A DNA stretch of 64,000 bases from Octopus sinensis (taxonomy: Eukaryota), in the NCBI RefSeq assembly GCF_006345805.1, contig NC_043024.1, forward strand, positions 15,004,001 to 15,068,000, written 5' to 3'. Positions 12,565-24,639 of the stretch are shown in pieces. The translations under genes and the position numbers were made by a program. The notes beneath the pieces were generated by a model, which searched no databases, was not told where the DNA came from, and worked only from the letters and a program-made list of their open reading frames with translations. Numbering within the stretch: position 1 is the first letter of the stretch; every line of letters begins with the position of its first letter.

Positions 12565-12920
12565 TCATCATCATCATCATCATCATCATTTAACGTCTGC
12601 TTTCCATGCTAGCATGGGTTGGACGATTTGACTGAGGACTTGCAAACCAGATGGCTGCACCAGGCTCCAATCTGATCTGGCAGAGTTTCTACAGCTGGAT
12701 GCCCTTCCTAACACCAACCACTCTGAGAGTGTATTGGGTGCTTTTACGTGCCACCGGCACGAGGGCCAGTCTGGCGGTACTGGCTACGGCCACGCTGGAA
12801 ATGGTGTTCTTTACATGCCACCTGCACAGGAGTCAGTCCAGCGGCACTGGCAACGATCTCGCTTGAATGTTTTGTTCATGTGCCACCGGCACAAGTGCCA
12901 GTAAGGCGTCGCTGGTAATG
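12565..12920 (-). mobile_element. RTE-type LINE 3' UTR fragment with (CAT)n tail
   Basis: Same family as 290-722 and 52921-53585. Confidence 0.6.
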
Positions 12921-14400
12921 ATCTATATTCACAAGGTGGTGTGTGGGGCAGAATCGTTTGCTCACCAGACAAAATGCTTAGCTTCATTTCTTTTGGTTTT
13001 ACCTTCTGAGTACAAATTCTACTGAGGTTTACTTTACTTTTCATCTTTACAGGGTCAATAAAATAAAGAACCAGCCAAGCACTGTGAGTGATGGAACCAA
13101 CAAACTCCTTCCTCAAAATTCCCAGCTTTGTGCCAATAGTAGGAAGGATTACACTATTCTCTTTTACTCTTTTACTTGTTTCAGTCATTTGACAGTGGCC
13201 ATGCTGGAGCACCACCTTTAGTCAAGCAAATCGTCCCCAGGGCTTATTCTTTGTAAGCCTAGTACTAATTCTATCGGTCTCTTTTGCCAAACCACTATAT
13301 ATATACATATATATGATGGGCTTCTTTCAGTTTCCATCTACCAAATCCACTCACAATGGTTTCGGGTTCAGTCCCACTGCGTGGCATCTTGGGCAAGTGT
13401 CTTCTACTATAGCCCCGGACCAACCAATGCCTTGTGAGTGGATTTGGTAGACGGAAACTGAAAGAAGCCTGTTGTATATATGTATATATATATATATGTA
13501 TGTGTGTCTGTATTTGTCCCCCTAGCATTGCTTGACAACCGATGCTGGTGTGTTTATGTCCCTGTCACTTAGCAGTTCGGCAAAAGAGACCGATAGAATA
13601 AGTACTGGGCTTACAAAGAATAAGTCTCGGGGTCGATTTGCTCGACTAAAGGCGGTGCTCCAGCATGGCCACAGTCAAATGACTAAAACAAGTAAAAGAG
13701 AGTATATATAGATGTTATAATTAGGTAAATATTTTAATGGTTGTAATTAGTTTTTCCTTGTCTTTCAGGTAGATTATAATAAAATATATTTAAATAATTA
13801 TAAATAATTATAAAAATAACACCTGATAATACCTGATAACACCTGAAAATATCTACTTTTTATGGTTAATTAAGATTACAATTAGATTGCTATACTGAAC
13901 CAATTTAGTCAAGTTTTCATATATTTTTACATTATTTCCTTATGTGTGTATGTATGTATGTGTGTGTGTGTGTGTATTTATATAAATACTAACAACATTC
14001 ATAAACGAATAAGCACACATATGTATGTACACACACAAGCATACACACATAGAAACACACATGCACACACACACACACACATTTATACATGCAAACACAC
14101 ACAAACACACATACACGTCTATAATATATGCATATACACAATGTTAGCCAAGCATACACCTCATTGTTAAGTCATATACACATATAAATACACACACACA
14201 TACACACACATTTCTTTTATATTTGTTTTGCCTTTTTCTTGTGTTCTTTATTTTATTTCTTTGTTTCTTTCTTTCAGATGACCGAGATGATAAGATGTTG
14301 ATATTTAGAAATAACATCAGTGTGTCACAATTGATTCAAGTCTTCAACAGTTCCTTGCTCATATTTAATCTCTACTCTACCGCCGTCAGTACTAAAAGAC

Positions 14401-14655
14401 ATGGCACCGCAGCATTCTGCCACAGTCAGATATATTCATGTATTGTATCTCATCCTGCTTCCTTTCTGCGAAGGATTCTCCATTGACCATACACTCATAG
14501 AAGGAAATGTTGGAGGCAAAATAGCCGAAACTGTTGTGATCCTTGTAAAATCTCAGAATATTTTGATGGAAGATTATTCTTTCCTCCGCAGACTGGCGGC
14601 TGTCCAAAGTAACGATGGTATACCATTCACTCCTGATAAAGGTGGCATCTGGAGG
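14401..14655 (+). CDS. Coding exon 1 of secreted/GPI-like protein (signal peptide + start of lysozyme/SLT-like domain)
   Basis: Acceptor ctttcag at 14277 (UTR portion from 14278); ATG 14401; hydrophobic stretch YIHVLYLILLPFCEG; motif FLRRLAAVQSNDG...GGIWR; donor GTAAG at 14656, phase 0. Confidence 0.85.
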
Positions 14656-14703
14656 GTAAGGTTCTATAATCTTTTCTGTTTCTTTGTTTCTACTTTCCTT
14701 CCT

Positions 14704-14767
<64 letters not shown>

Positions 14768-15372
14768 TGTCGTCTGTTTTTCTGCCTTTCCTTCCTTCCT
14801 TTCTTCCTTCATTCCTTCGTTTGTTCCCTTTTTCCTTCCTTTAAACTTTGAAATAGATTATGACTGAACAAAAAATGTGTGGCACCTTGGGCAAGTATCT
14901 TCTGCTGTAGCCCCAGGCTGACCAAAGCCTTGTGAGTGGATTTGGAAGACGGAAACTGAATATATATGTATATATATTTATGTGTGTTTGTGTCTGTGTT
15001 TGTCTCCCCACCATGACTTGACAACCGATGTTAGTGTGTTTATGTCCCCGTAACTTAGTGGTTTGGCAAAGGAGACAGATAGACTAAGTACTAGGCTTAC
15101 AAAGAATAAGTCCTGAGGTCAATTTGTTTCACCAAAATCCTTAAAGGCAGTGCTCCAGCATGGCTGCAGTCAAATAACTGAAATATGTAAAAGAATAAAA
15201 GAGAAAAATAAAATAAAGAAGAGAGTCTCAAGTTTTCCCATCTGGGGTACCCCTTTCCCATCTGGGGTACCCAGGTGGTGTTGGGGTACCTCATGTGAAG
15301 AATATAACATAAAATCTTTGTATACTAGAAAACAGACAATAGAAGTGTATTATCTATTACTATTATTTTATT

Positions 15373-15700
15373 CTATTGTGTCTGGAGAGAGTCATTTTCT
15401 TTTTGTGCCTTATTATGTAACACACTCGCCGGTAAAATTTCCACTATTTTCTTATTTTTTATTGTCCAAAAATTTTCGCGTTTTGCAACCTTTTCAATAG
15501 TCTTGACTATTGAAAAGGTTGCAAGATGCAACGAAAATTTTAGGACAATAAAAAATAAGAAAATAGTGGAAATTTTACCGGTGAGTGTGTTACATTATAA
15601 GGCACAAAAAGAAAATGACTCTCTCCAGACACAACAGAATATGCTTCAACACACGAACTCATATAAAGGATCTTGCAAACCAAATCCCAAAACGAAATAT
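15373..15700. repeat. Near-perfect ~265-bp palindrome (centre ~15502) plus flank; Penelope-like inverted terminal repeat
   Basis: 15373-15502 mirrored by 15504-15637; the right arm begins TTGAAAAG-GTTGCA/TGCAAC stem-GAAA. Confidence 0.75.
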
Positions 15701-15918
15701 TATTTTATTCTTTTACTTGTTTCAGTCATTTGACTGAAACCATAAGAGGTTTTAGTTGAAGAAATTGACCCCAGGACTTATTCTTTGTAAGCCTAGTACT
15801 TATTTTATCAGTCTCTATTGATGAACTGCTAAGTTACAGGGATATAAACACACCAACATCAGTTGTCAAATGATGGTGGGGGAGACAAACACAGCCACGA
15901 CACAAATATATATATATA

Positions 15919-16834
15919 CAGGGTGCAGTAAATAAACTGTCATCTAAATTATGCAAAAATGGAAATAACACTCATATCTCAATTTAACAGATATATTTAC
16001 CAAAATTACATAAAAATATCTTGAAATTCTAAAGAGTAAATTTATTCCATGAAATCGCCATTGGTTTCAACCATGGCCTACAAACGACTTTGGAATCCCC
16101 TGCAACTCTTCTTGATGGTCTCCTTGTTTAACTTGATGAATCTGGCCATAATCCTTGCCTTCAGTTCATCTTTGGTGTTACAAGGAGTTTTGTTGGTCTC
16201 TCGCTCAACTTAAATCCGAAACACAATGGGGTTGCAATCTGGGAAGTTCCGTGGCCAGATGGTAGGGGTGATGTGGATGCAGAAATTGTCTGACAGCCAT
16301 TACTAGGTTCTCCTGCTTGTGTGGCATGGAGCAGAGTCCTGTTGCCAGACATAGGGTCTTCCATCAGCCGCCCTCTTAACCCAGGGCAGCACTACCTCCT
16401 CCAGGCACTTGATGTAGGCCTCCGTGTCGAGTCAGAGGCTGTGTGGGAAGATAAATGGAACCATAATGTCACCTTCACTTGTGATCACTCCAAACATGAT
16501 GATGTTGACTGGATGTTTGATTTTTATCACTCTCGGTACATGTCCTCAGATTGACACCCAAATACTCTGAAATGTTCGTACTGGAACTTCCAGTGCAAAT
16601 GCCAAGTGGCACAGCATGTCGTTTTCAAATTTCTGGCAGAGTGAATTGTGTCATGATGCTGTTTTTCTCACAGGACTCTGTCGAGGCCCCACGATTGGAA
16701 TGAGTACACTTCAAATACCAGGTATTGGGGTCAATATAACCAAAATACTGTGTAGTTGACAGAATCAAAATCAAACAATGTGCATGCATGAAATTAAAAA
16801 TATAAAATGACGACAATTTACCCATCGCACCCTG
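15919..16834 (-). mobile_element. Decayed Tc1/mariner element (maT/DD37D-like), internally deleted
   Basis: TA-flanked TIRs CAGGGTGC.../...GCACCCTG; minus-strand remnants QQDSAPCHTSRRT, WLSDNF, WPRNFPDCNP and ETNKTPCNTKDELKARI with stops and frameshifts. Confidence 0.8.
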
Positions 16835-18189
16835 TATATATGTATATATACATACACACACACGCACACATATATATATATACATATACACACGCACACA
16901 TACACACACACACACACACACATATACGACAGGTTTCTTTCAGTTTCCATCTCCCAAATCCACTCACATGGTATATCCACTCACATAGTATATATTTGCC
17001 CAAGGTGCCACACAGTGGGTCTGAACCTGGAACCATGTGGTTGGGAAGTAAGCTTCTTACCGCACGGCCAATTTAAAGAGCTCAAATCCCACCACAATCA
17101 GCTTTGCCTTTTATCACTCTGGGGTGGATAAAATAAAGTACCAGGTATTGGGGTCAATATAACCAACTGCTCCATTCCCTCAAATTTCTGGTCCTGTCTG
17201 TCCCAATATAAGAAATCAGTTTCATATAATTAGTTGTTACATCTTTAATGAGAGGGACTTGCTTGGTGCTTTCTGACCAGGAACTTAATTCTAGACATAG
17301 TTTCAGAGAGACACTCCTGTCTATCATTCATAATTTTTGCATGAAATTTAGTTTTGATTTGAAAAGGGGGTGGGGCAAAAAGACTAATTTTTGATTTCCT
17401 TATTTTCTCTCTACCTATTTGAAATCATTACGTTGCTAGATTGAATCATCATTTTGCACTGTGGCATCATCTTTAGGAGTAAAAATTGGTCAGCATAGTT
17501 GTTATTGTTGAAGTTGAGAAAGTTTGGAATATAGTCAGGTGACAGGTACATTTTTTTGAAAAGATTTTTCCTCAACTTTGCCCTGAGGCTGCTAATAAAA
17601 TATCTGTATAGTTTTTGGTGTTTAACATTAAATATTCTTTTCTCTGTTGGATTCCAAGTTTGATTTGATAATAGACAATGCAAAAAAAAAAAATTAAGGT
17701 GGGGCAAAATGAGTAACCACTAATTTTAATAATTTCTTTTTTTACCTGTATGGTGCATAAATAGCATAAATATATCAGGAAGGGAGCCACTCGAGCAGTT
17801 CGTGAAGAAGCTATGAATTATATTTTATGCTGAAATTTTAGATTTAGTCGAGTTTCGTTAATTTCATATCATATGCCATTTTTCTTTGATCCTCTTTCAT
17901 TATTTGCTCTAGATATCTAAAATTTTTGTAGCTTTTCTGATCTTTCTGATGTCTAAGGATGGATATTGATGTGTTTGAGTCTTATTTAAAAATGTAATTC
18001 TAAGGAGTTCAAGAAAGAAATTTACCTTATCTGTCCTTACTCATTTTGCCCCGTATAAATTTGTCTTTTTATGCTGAAAGGGAACGGAGTTAATTTTTCT
18101 GAAATAATGATCTGAATATAGTGTTTTTAATGCGTTTAAAGAAAGCTATTTGCTTAGCTGATATAGTTTTTGCAAGGTAGTGAACATAG

Positions 18190-18570
18190 TGCGCAGGAGT
18201 GGCTGTGTGGTAAGTAGCTTGCTTACCAACCACATGGTTCTAGGTTCAGTCCCACTATGTGGCACCTTGGACAAGTGTCTTCTAGTATAGCCTCAGGTTG
18301 ACCAAAGCCTTGTGAGTGGATTTGGTAGACGGAAACTGAAAGAAGCCCGTCGTATATATGTATATATGTGTGTTTGTGTGTCTGTCCCCCCAACATCGCT
18401 TGACAACCAATGCTGGTGTGTTTACATCCCTGTAACTTAGCGGTTCGGCAAAAGAGACCGACAGAATAAGGACTAGGCTTACAAAGAATAAGTTCTGGGG
18501 TCGATTTTCTCGACTAAAAGCGGTGCTCCAGCATGGCCACAGTCAAATGACGGAAACAAGTAAAAGAGTA
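18190..18570 (+). mobile_element. SINE (major family) inserted in reverse copy of the ~6430-7540 repeat
   Basis: Full head-to-tail copy. Confidence 0.85.
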
Positions 18571-19915
18571 TTTGTAAAAATTATATTTATTCTCAAAGTA
18601 AATATTACTCATTGTGTCCCGCCCATCCTTTATAATCATTGCTAAGAAAATATTTCCCCAAATTATTAGTTCAATCCAGCATCAGCCGAATCATCTTGAT
18701 TTCAGGATCCTTTCATATTTATTGGGTGTTTTTGAGGAGGAAATGTGATTCTAAATTTATTTATCGAGCAAAAGAGTACTTGTGGTGGTGACCCCTTCGG
18801 TCAGACACTGACCATGGGTTTGCATCTAGAGAGTTACCCTCTGAGGCACAAGTCTGGGCAAGGTTGTTTTTTTTTTTTTTTATGGAAGACCGGCAGTCGC
18901 CCATGCATACCGGCCTCCCCTCTCCACGTCACCGATGTTGTCCAAGGGAAAGGCAACAGCCGATACAGCTTGGCACCTGTGACGTCGCAACTCATTTCTA
19001 CAGCTGAGTGAACTGGAGCAACGTGAAATAAAGTGTCTTGCTCAAGAACACAACATGCAGCCCGGTCCGGGATTCAAGCTCACAACCTCATGATCGTAAG
19101 CTCGACGCTCTAACCACTGAGCCACGCGTCTTCACACAAAGAGTACTTATTAGATGAATAAAGTATACGCAAGGAAATTAAGACATAACATGTAAGAAAA
19201 ATTACAAGCACAAGGGTGGCTGTGTGATGAGAAGTTTACTTCCCAACCACAAGGTTCTGGGTTCAGTCCCATGTGTGGCACCTTGGGTTAGTATCTTCTT
19301 CTATAACCTCGGGCTGGCCAAAGCGTTGTGAGTGGATTTGGTAGACAGAAACTGTCGTACACATACACTCACACACACACACACACACACACACACAAGC
19401 ACACACACACACACACACACACACAGAGGTGTGTGTATGTGTCTTTGTGTCTGTGTTTATGTCCTCATAACTTAGCAGTTTAGTAAAAGAGACCAATGGA
19501 ATAAATTCAAGACTTTAAAAAATTATAAGTACTAAGGTTGATTTATTCAACGAAAATATTCTTCAAGGTGGTGCCCCAGCATGGCCACAGTCTACCGACT
19601 GAAACAAGGAGATTATAAAAACAAAATGATAAACTGAGAATCAAATGTGTAAATATTCGTTTCTACTCTAGGCACCACTAAGGGTGGGTGTTACTGTAGC
19701 TTTTAGCCCCAGGTGATCATCGTCTCCAGCTGGTTTTAGGCACACTTTCTGTGCCTAAAATAATAGCATAATAGAAATCGTAAGAAATGGTAAAAAAAAT
19801 CAATTTCAAGGTGATAGCCATAAACCATGGGATTACGTCTTGTGGTAAAGAAAGTCACTTTCATGAGTAATTTCCACAGGTTATGAGAGTTACTTATAAT
19901 AATAATAATGAAATT

Positions 19916-20100
19916 ATTGTATACAGTGCTCAGGTGCACCGCAACTTGTCAGAAAGTGCGTATAAAGTACATGCAGTAATGTACAAATGTCTGGAAAGAT
20001 ACATGCTTGTGTGTGTATGGAGGGGAGAAAATCAAGTGTAGTGTTGGCGAATCTCAGGAAGCATGGAAGTTTTGAAGGATGCAGTGCTCCGACAACTAAC
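19916..20100 (-). mobile_element. CR1/L2-type LINE 3' end fragment
   Basis: Minus-strand SCRSTASFKTSMLPEIRQHYT* followed by a short UTR and AT-rich tail; recognised by resemblance only. Confidence 0.45.
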
Positions 20101-21024
20101 ATCCTAGTTCAATTTTACTGGGAGAAATAGCGGGGGTAAGGCATTGTGGAGTGAGTTTAATGGGATGGTCCATATCACAGGGGTCAAAAGTTAGAGGCTA
20201 ACTGCTATTTAATAGAGCATCACAGAAAAAAAAAACGACAAAGGTAACTTAATGTGAACTTGTTTGGGGAAATCAGTAGAAAAGTATATCAATGAAAGAA
20301 TAATTTGGGTAAAACCTGAGTATGATGTTATTACTTATTAAGAAAAGCCTCATCCTAATACCCCTATGAAGAATAGGGTGAAGCCATAGTTAATCCTACA
20401 ACTTAATTGGTCTGTTAATATTTGAAAAGTGGAGGTGCAATGGCCCAGTGGTTAGGGCAGTGGACTTGCAGTCGGAGGATCACGGTTTCAAATCCCAGAC
20501 CGGGCGTTGTGTGTGTTTATTGAGCGAAAACACCTAAAACTCCATGAGGCTCCAGCAGGGGGTGGTGGCGACCCCTGTTGTACTCTTTCCCCCCAACTTT
20601 CTCTCACTCTTTCTTCCTGTTTCTTGAGTAATGCTGCGATAGACTGGCATCCTATCCAGCAGTGGGGAACACATACGCCACAGAAACCGGGAAACAGGGC
20701 CCATGAGCCTGGCTAGGCTTGAAAAGGGCGCATAAAAAAAGAAATATTTGAAAACAGGGGCATTTGTTCAGGTCTCTCTTTTACTCTTTTACTCTTTTAC
20801 TTGTTTCAGTCATTTGACTGTGGCCATGCTGGAGCACCGCCTTCAGTCGAGCAACTCAACCCCGGGAGTTATTCTTTTTGTAAGCCCAGTACTTATTCTA
20901 TCAGTCTCTTTTTGCCGAACCGATAGAATAAGTACCAGGCTTAAAAAAAAAAAAATAAGAATAAATGTTCTGGGGTTGATTAATTTGACTAAAATTTTTC
21001 AGGATTGAAACAAGCAAAAGTTGT

Positions 21025-21165
21025 ACACACACACACGTGCACACAAACACACACGCACACGCACACACACACACACACACAAACACAAACACACACACAC
21101 ACAAACACAAACACACACACAAACACAAACACACAAACACATACACACACAAACACACACACACA

Positions 21166-21197
<32 letters not shown>

Positions 21198-21257
21198 AGC
21201 ACACACACACAAACACACACACAAACACACACACACACCACACACACACACACAAAA

Positions 21258-21288
<31 letters not shown>

Positions 21289-21330
21289 AACACAACACAC
21301 AAACACAAACACACAAACACACACACAAGC

Positions 21331-21384
<54 letters not shown>

Positions 21385-21385
21385 T
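21025..21385. repeat. Compound (CA)n/(CAAA) microsatellite expanded inside a SINE
   Basis: About 360 bp of CA/CAAA units flanked by SINE segments. Confidence 0.95.
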
Positions 21386-21560
21386 CAGTTTCTGTCTATG
21401 AAATCCACTCACATGGCTTTGGTTGGTTCAGACCTATATGTAGAAGACACTTGCCCCAAATTTCACAAAGTGGGATTGAACTCAGAACCATGTGGCTGTG
21501 AAGCAGACTTCTTACCGCACAACCTCACTAACACCAATTAAATCTATCCAATTATTCTAG

Positions 21561-21840
21561 GTTACTACTGACCAACTCGAGACTGTCCAAGAGGCATGTG
21601 GTAAAAGCCTGATGTCTTACTGCAATATCGGTCAAGAAAGATTCAATGTGGAAATGGTATCAGCCAATTACACAGAACTGGACAAGCCATTGTATTCTGG
21701 CTACGCCATGGCCCTCTACCTATTGACCCTCGGTGATATTATACCAATGAATTTGACCGACCAAGCAGAATATTGGAAGAAATTTATTGTACCTGAAGGA
21801 AATGTCACCACTTTTATACAAAATACTAACATTCCAGAAG
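21561..21840 (+). CDS. Coding exon 2 of secreted/GPI-like protein (lysozyme/SLT-like domain)
   Basis: Acceptor attattctag|GTT, phase 0; translates VTTDQLE...ELDKPLYSGYAMALYL...IPMNLTDQAEYWKKF...GNVTTF; donor GTAAG at 21841, phase 1. Confidence 0.88.
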
Positions 21841-22494
21841 GTAAGAAAACTACCGAAAGATCTTTATTGTTGTTGTTAAACCTCTTGTCTTTTATCTTTT
21901 ACTAGTTTCAGTCATTAGACTGTGGCCATGCAGGAGCATCACCCTGAAGAATGAATTGACTGCAGAGCTTTTTTTTTTTTAAGCTTGGTACTTATTTTAT
22001 CAGTAACATATTGAATACTGGGTTTATTTACTATATACTGTCTGGGTATTATTAATGTAAACACCCAAAGCAGTGAGCTGGCAGAATCATTAGCACACTG
22101 GGCAAAATGCTGAGCGGTATTTCGTCTGCTGTTATGTTCTGAGTTCAAATTCTGCCGAGGTCGATTTTGCCTTTCATCTTTTTGGGGTCGATTAAATAAG
22201 TACCAGTTATGCACTGGGGTTGATATAATCAAGTTAATCTGTTTGTCTGTCCTTGTTTGTCCTCTCTGTGTTTAGCTTCTTGTGGGTAGTAAAGAAATAG
22301 GTATTTTGTCTGTCTTTAATTTCTGAGTTCAAATTCTGCTGAGGTCGACTTTGCCTTTCATCCTTTCGGGGTCGATATAATCGACTGGCCCTTCTCTCTC
22401 AAAATTTCAGGCCTTGTGCCTAGAGTAGAAAAGAATGTCTTACTCTTATTGATTGAATTATTTTGTCTTTCCTTTTTTCTTCTTTCCATTTCAG

Positions 22495-22871
22495 TGCCGG
22501 ACCAATGTAGAAAATCCGAAGACACACCGAGGAATGAAGTGGAATCTTACTGTTTATTCCAGTCACCGTGTACAAGAGAAGCGATTGCACTCAAAATATA
22601 TTTCTTTGCTCATTCAGATCCGACGAGATTCATTCGGTGTACGGAATGGGGAGCTAGTTTCATTCAAATCTGTGTTCCTGGCACCGTATGGTCTCAAATG
22701 AATGTTACATGTTTACACAAGGCAGGAAGTTTTATCTTCAGACGCAAAAAAGGTGGAGGAACCAAGGACAAGCATTATCTCAACAATGCATCGCATATTT
22801 TCTCTGCTTTACTTCCTTGCTTAATGTTCTGTCTTCTTCAAGCATTCATCTTAAATAAGAGTTTCTTCTAA
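22495..22871 (+). CDS. Coding exon 3 of secreted/GPI-like protein (chitin-binding type-2/peritrophin-A-like domain + hydrophobic tail)
   Basis: Polypyrimidine acceptor tttccatttcag|TG completes the phase-1 codon (GTG); SPCT..YFFAHSDPTRFIRC..WG..FIQICVPGTVWSQMNVTC; C-terminal NNASHIFSALLPCLMFCLLQAFIL; stop TAA. Confidence 0.85.
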
Positions 22872-23467
22872 ACATCCTGCAGCAATTTGTCTACTTTTAA
22901 GGTATACCTACATACAAGTGCACCCACTACAAACTTTGTTTCCTCATAACTTTCTGAAAAATGCCTGTTTTTTTTTAATGAAATTTTCTACAAAAACCTT
23001 TCAGATAGTGTTGATTCTCATTATAATGGAGTTTATTGCAGAAAATGTTTTTGGAGGGGCAGGGAGTGGAGTTTTGGATAATTCATACAAGTCAACTTTG
23101 TTTCCTCATAACTTTCAGAAAAACAGGTATTTTTTAATGAGTTTTTTAAGAAATACCTTTCAGAGAGTGTTGGTTCTCATTATAATGGAATTTGTCATGG
23201 AAAATGTTTCTGGATGGGGTAGGGAGAGGAGTTTTGGATAATTCATACAAGTCAAATTTGTTTCTTCATAACTTTCAGAAAAGTAGATATCTTTTGAAGA
23301 AATTTTCTACGAATAGCTTTCAGATGGTATAGATTACAATTATACCAGAAATTAATGTGAAAGAAGAAATTAGTGGATATGAACATATATATACTGACAC
23401 ACATCATGTATATATTTGCAAAATGAAACTTGAAGTTTTGAACAAAATTGTGACGTGTGTCAATAGA

Positions 23468-23676
23468 AGGGGTACTGAAAAATTCCTGCCTTCAAGGGTT
23501 TTGTGAAAGGTCTGGTTGGAGGCTGAACTTTCCAAGTTCTTTTACAGGGTTTAGAAAAACTGAAGGAATCTGAATCTGAATGTGTGAATCTGAGAGGGGA
23601 ATTATATTGAACAAAATCCTAATGAACTGATCCTCCTGTATTTTCTTTTACTCAAAGCCAGGAACTTTTCAGCATC

Positions 23677-23680
<4 letters not shown>
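23468..23680. mobile_element. Mariner-type MITE remnant
   Basis: Imperfect TIRs GGGGTACTGAAAAATTCCTGCC / GCCAGGAACTTTTCAGCATCCC; partial relative at ~25700-25780. Confidence 0.5.
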
Positions 23681-23765
<85 letters not shown>

Positions 23766-23834
23766 TATATATATATACACACACACATATATATATATAT
23801 ATATTAGAGGTTTGGAGATGATGTACAGGTATTA

Positions 23835-23968
23835 TATATTAGAAGAAATGAGGTACTCAGAAATCTGGATTGTTTTATATTTACAGATATTTATCTGTAA
23901 ATACAGATAATATCTGTAAATATAAAACCATCCAGATTTCTGAGTACCTCATTTCTTCTAAGATATAT
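23835..23968. repeat. Palindrome between (TA)n tracts
   Basis: TTAGAAGAAATGAGGTACTCAGAAATCTGGAT mirrored by ATCCAGATTTCTGAGTACCTCATTTCTTCTAA. Confidence 0.8.
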
Positions 23969-23978
23969 ATAATATATA

Positions 23979-24010
<32 letters not shown>

Positions 24011-24158
24011 GTATAAATATATATTTATAACTTATAAAATAAGGGCAAGAGAAAAAATTCTAATGCCAAATATGCTGAAAAAAGACAAAATTGTCAATAA
24101 CCATTATAATTTATGCGTCTCGAAACATGCCGATAGAAATTTCTAAAAAATTCCGTTA

Positions 24159-24219
24159 TAACCGTATTGGTGCCAATTTCGGGGTTAATTCATAAGAATT
24201 TTCCCCTCGTCAGCGATTA
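24159..24219 (-). ncRNA. Type-I hammerhead ribozyme motif (Penelope/retrozyme-associated)
   Basis: Minus strand: UAAUCG CUGACGA GGGG(AAAAUUCUUAUGAAUUAA)CCCC GAAA UUGG CA CCAA UA CGGUUA; core intact, stems I-III pair. Confidence 0.8.
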
Positions 24220-24639
24220 ATACGTAAGACATAAATGGAATACTTACTCATACCCATGGAAAAAGCAAGCACTAAGTCCCGAGCAGACCTAAGTACCCCA
24301 AATATATCCAAAATAGAAAATCTTCAGCACATCTCGAGACACGTGTGATTCGATCTAGAAACTTTCATAGAGTGAGAGAATCCGGAAGTGAACACTATTA
24401 AATTTATAACTAATGTAGGATAAGATTTTTTTCAAAAATACATACATATATATAAATAAATATATATATAAATATATATATAATATATATATATATATTG
24501 AAAGCTACACCAAGCCAGAATGCAGAGTGCCAAAGATCCTAGCAGTGCCATAGTGCCAAAGATCCTAGCAATGCCATAGCAATGCAGAGTGCCAAAGATC
24601 TTAGCAATGCCATAGTACTTCTTGATCAGTTACTGCAAC

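Noticed and set aside
14656-14844. Hydrophobic C-terminal extension of ORF 14401-14844 as a transmembrane segment
   Set aside because: Read-through past the GTAAG donor into a (CTTT)n microsatellite.
20430-20510. tRNA-like sequence with A and B boxes (also ~7830-7911, ~11320-11390, ~30117-30180)
   Set aside because: Runs directly into SINE body sequence, and copies are diverged without a clean cloverleaf; SINE heads, not tRNA genes.
20901-21541. Long Cys/Val- or His/Thr-rich ORFs (also 9213-9846, 44171-44693, 58221-59149, 61870-62116)
   Set aside because: Translations of (CA)n, (TACA)n, (TA)n and (TAA)n microsatellites; no coding signal.
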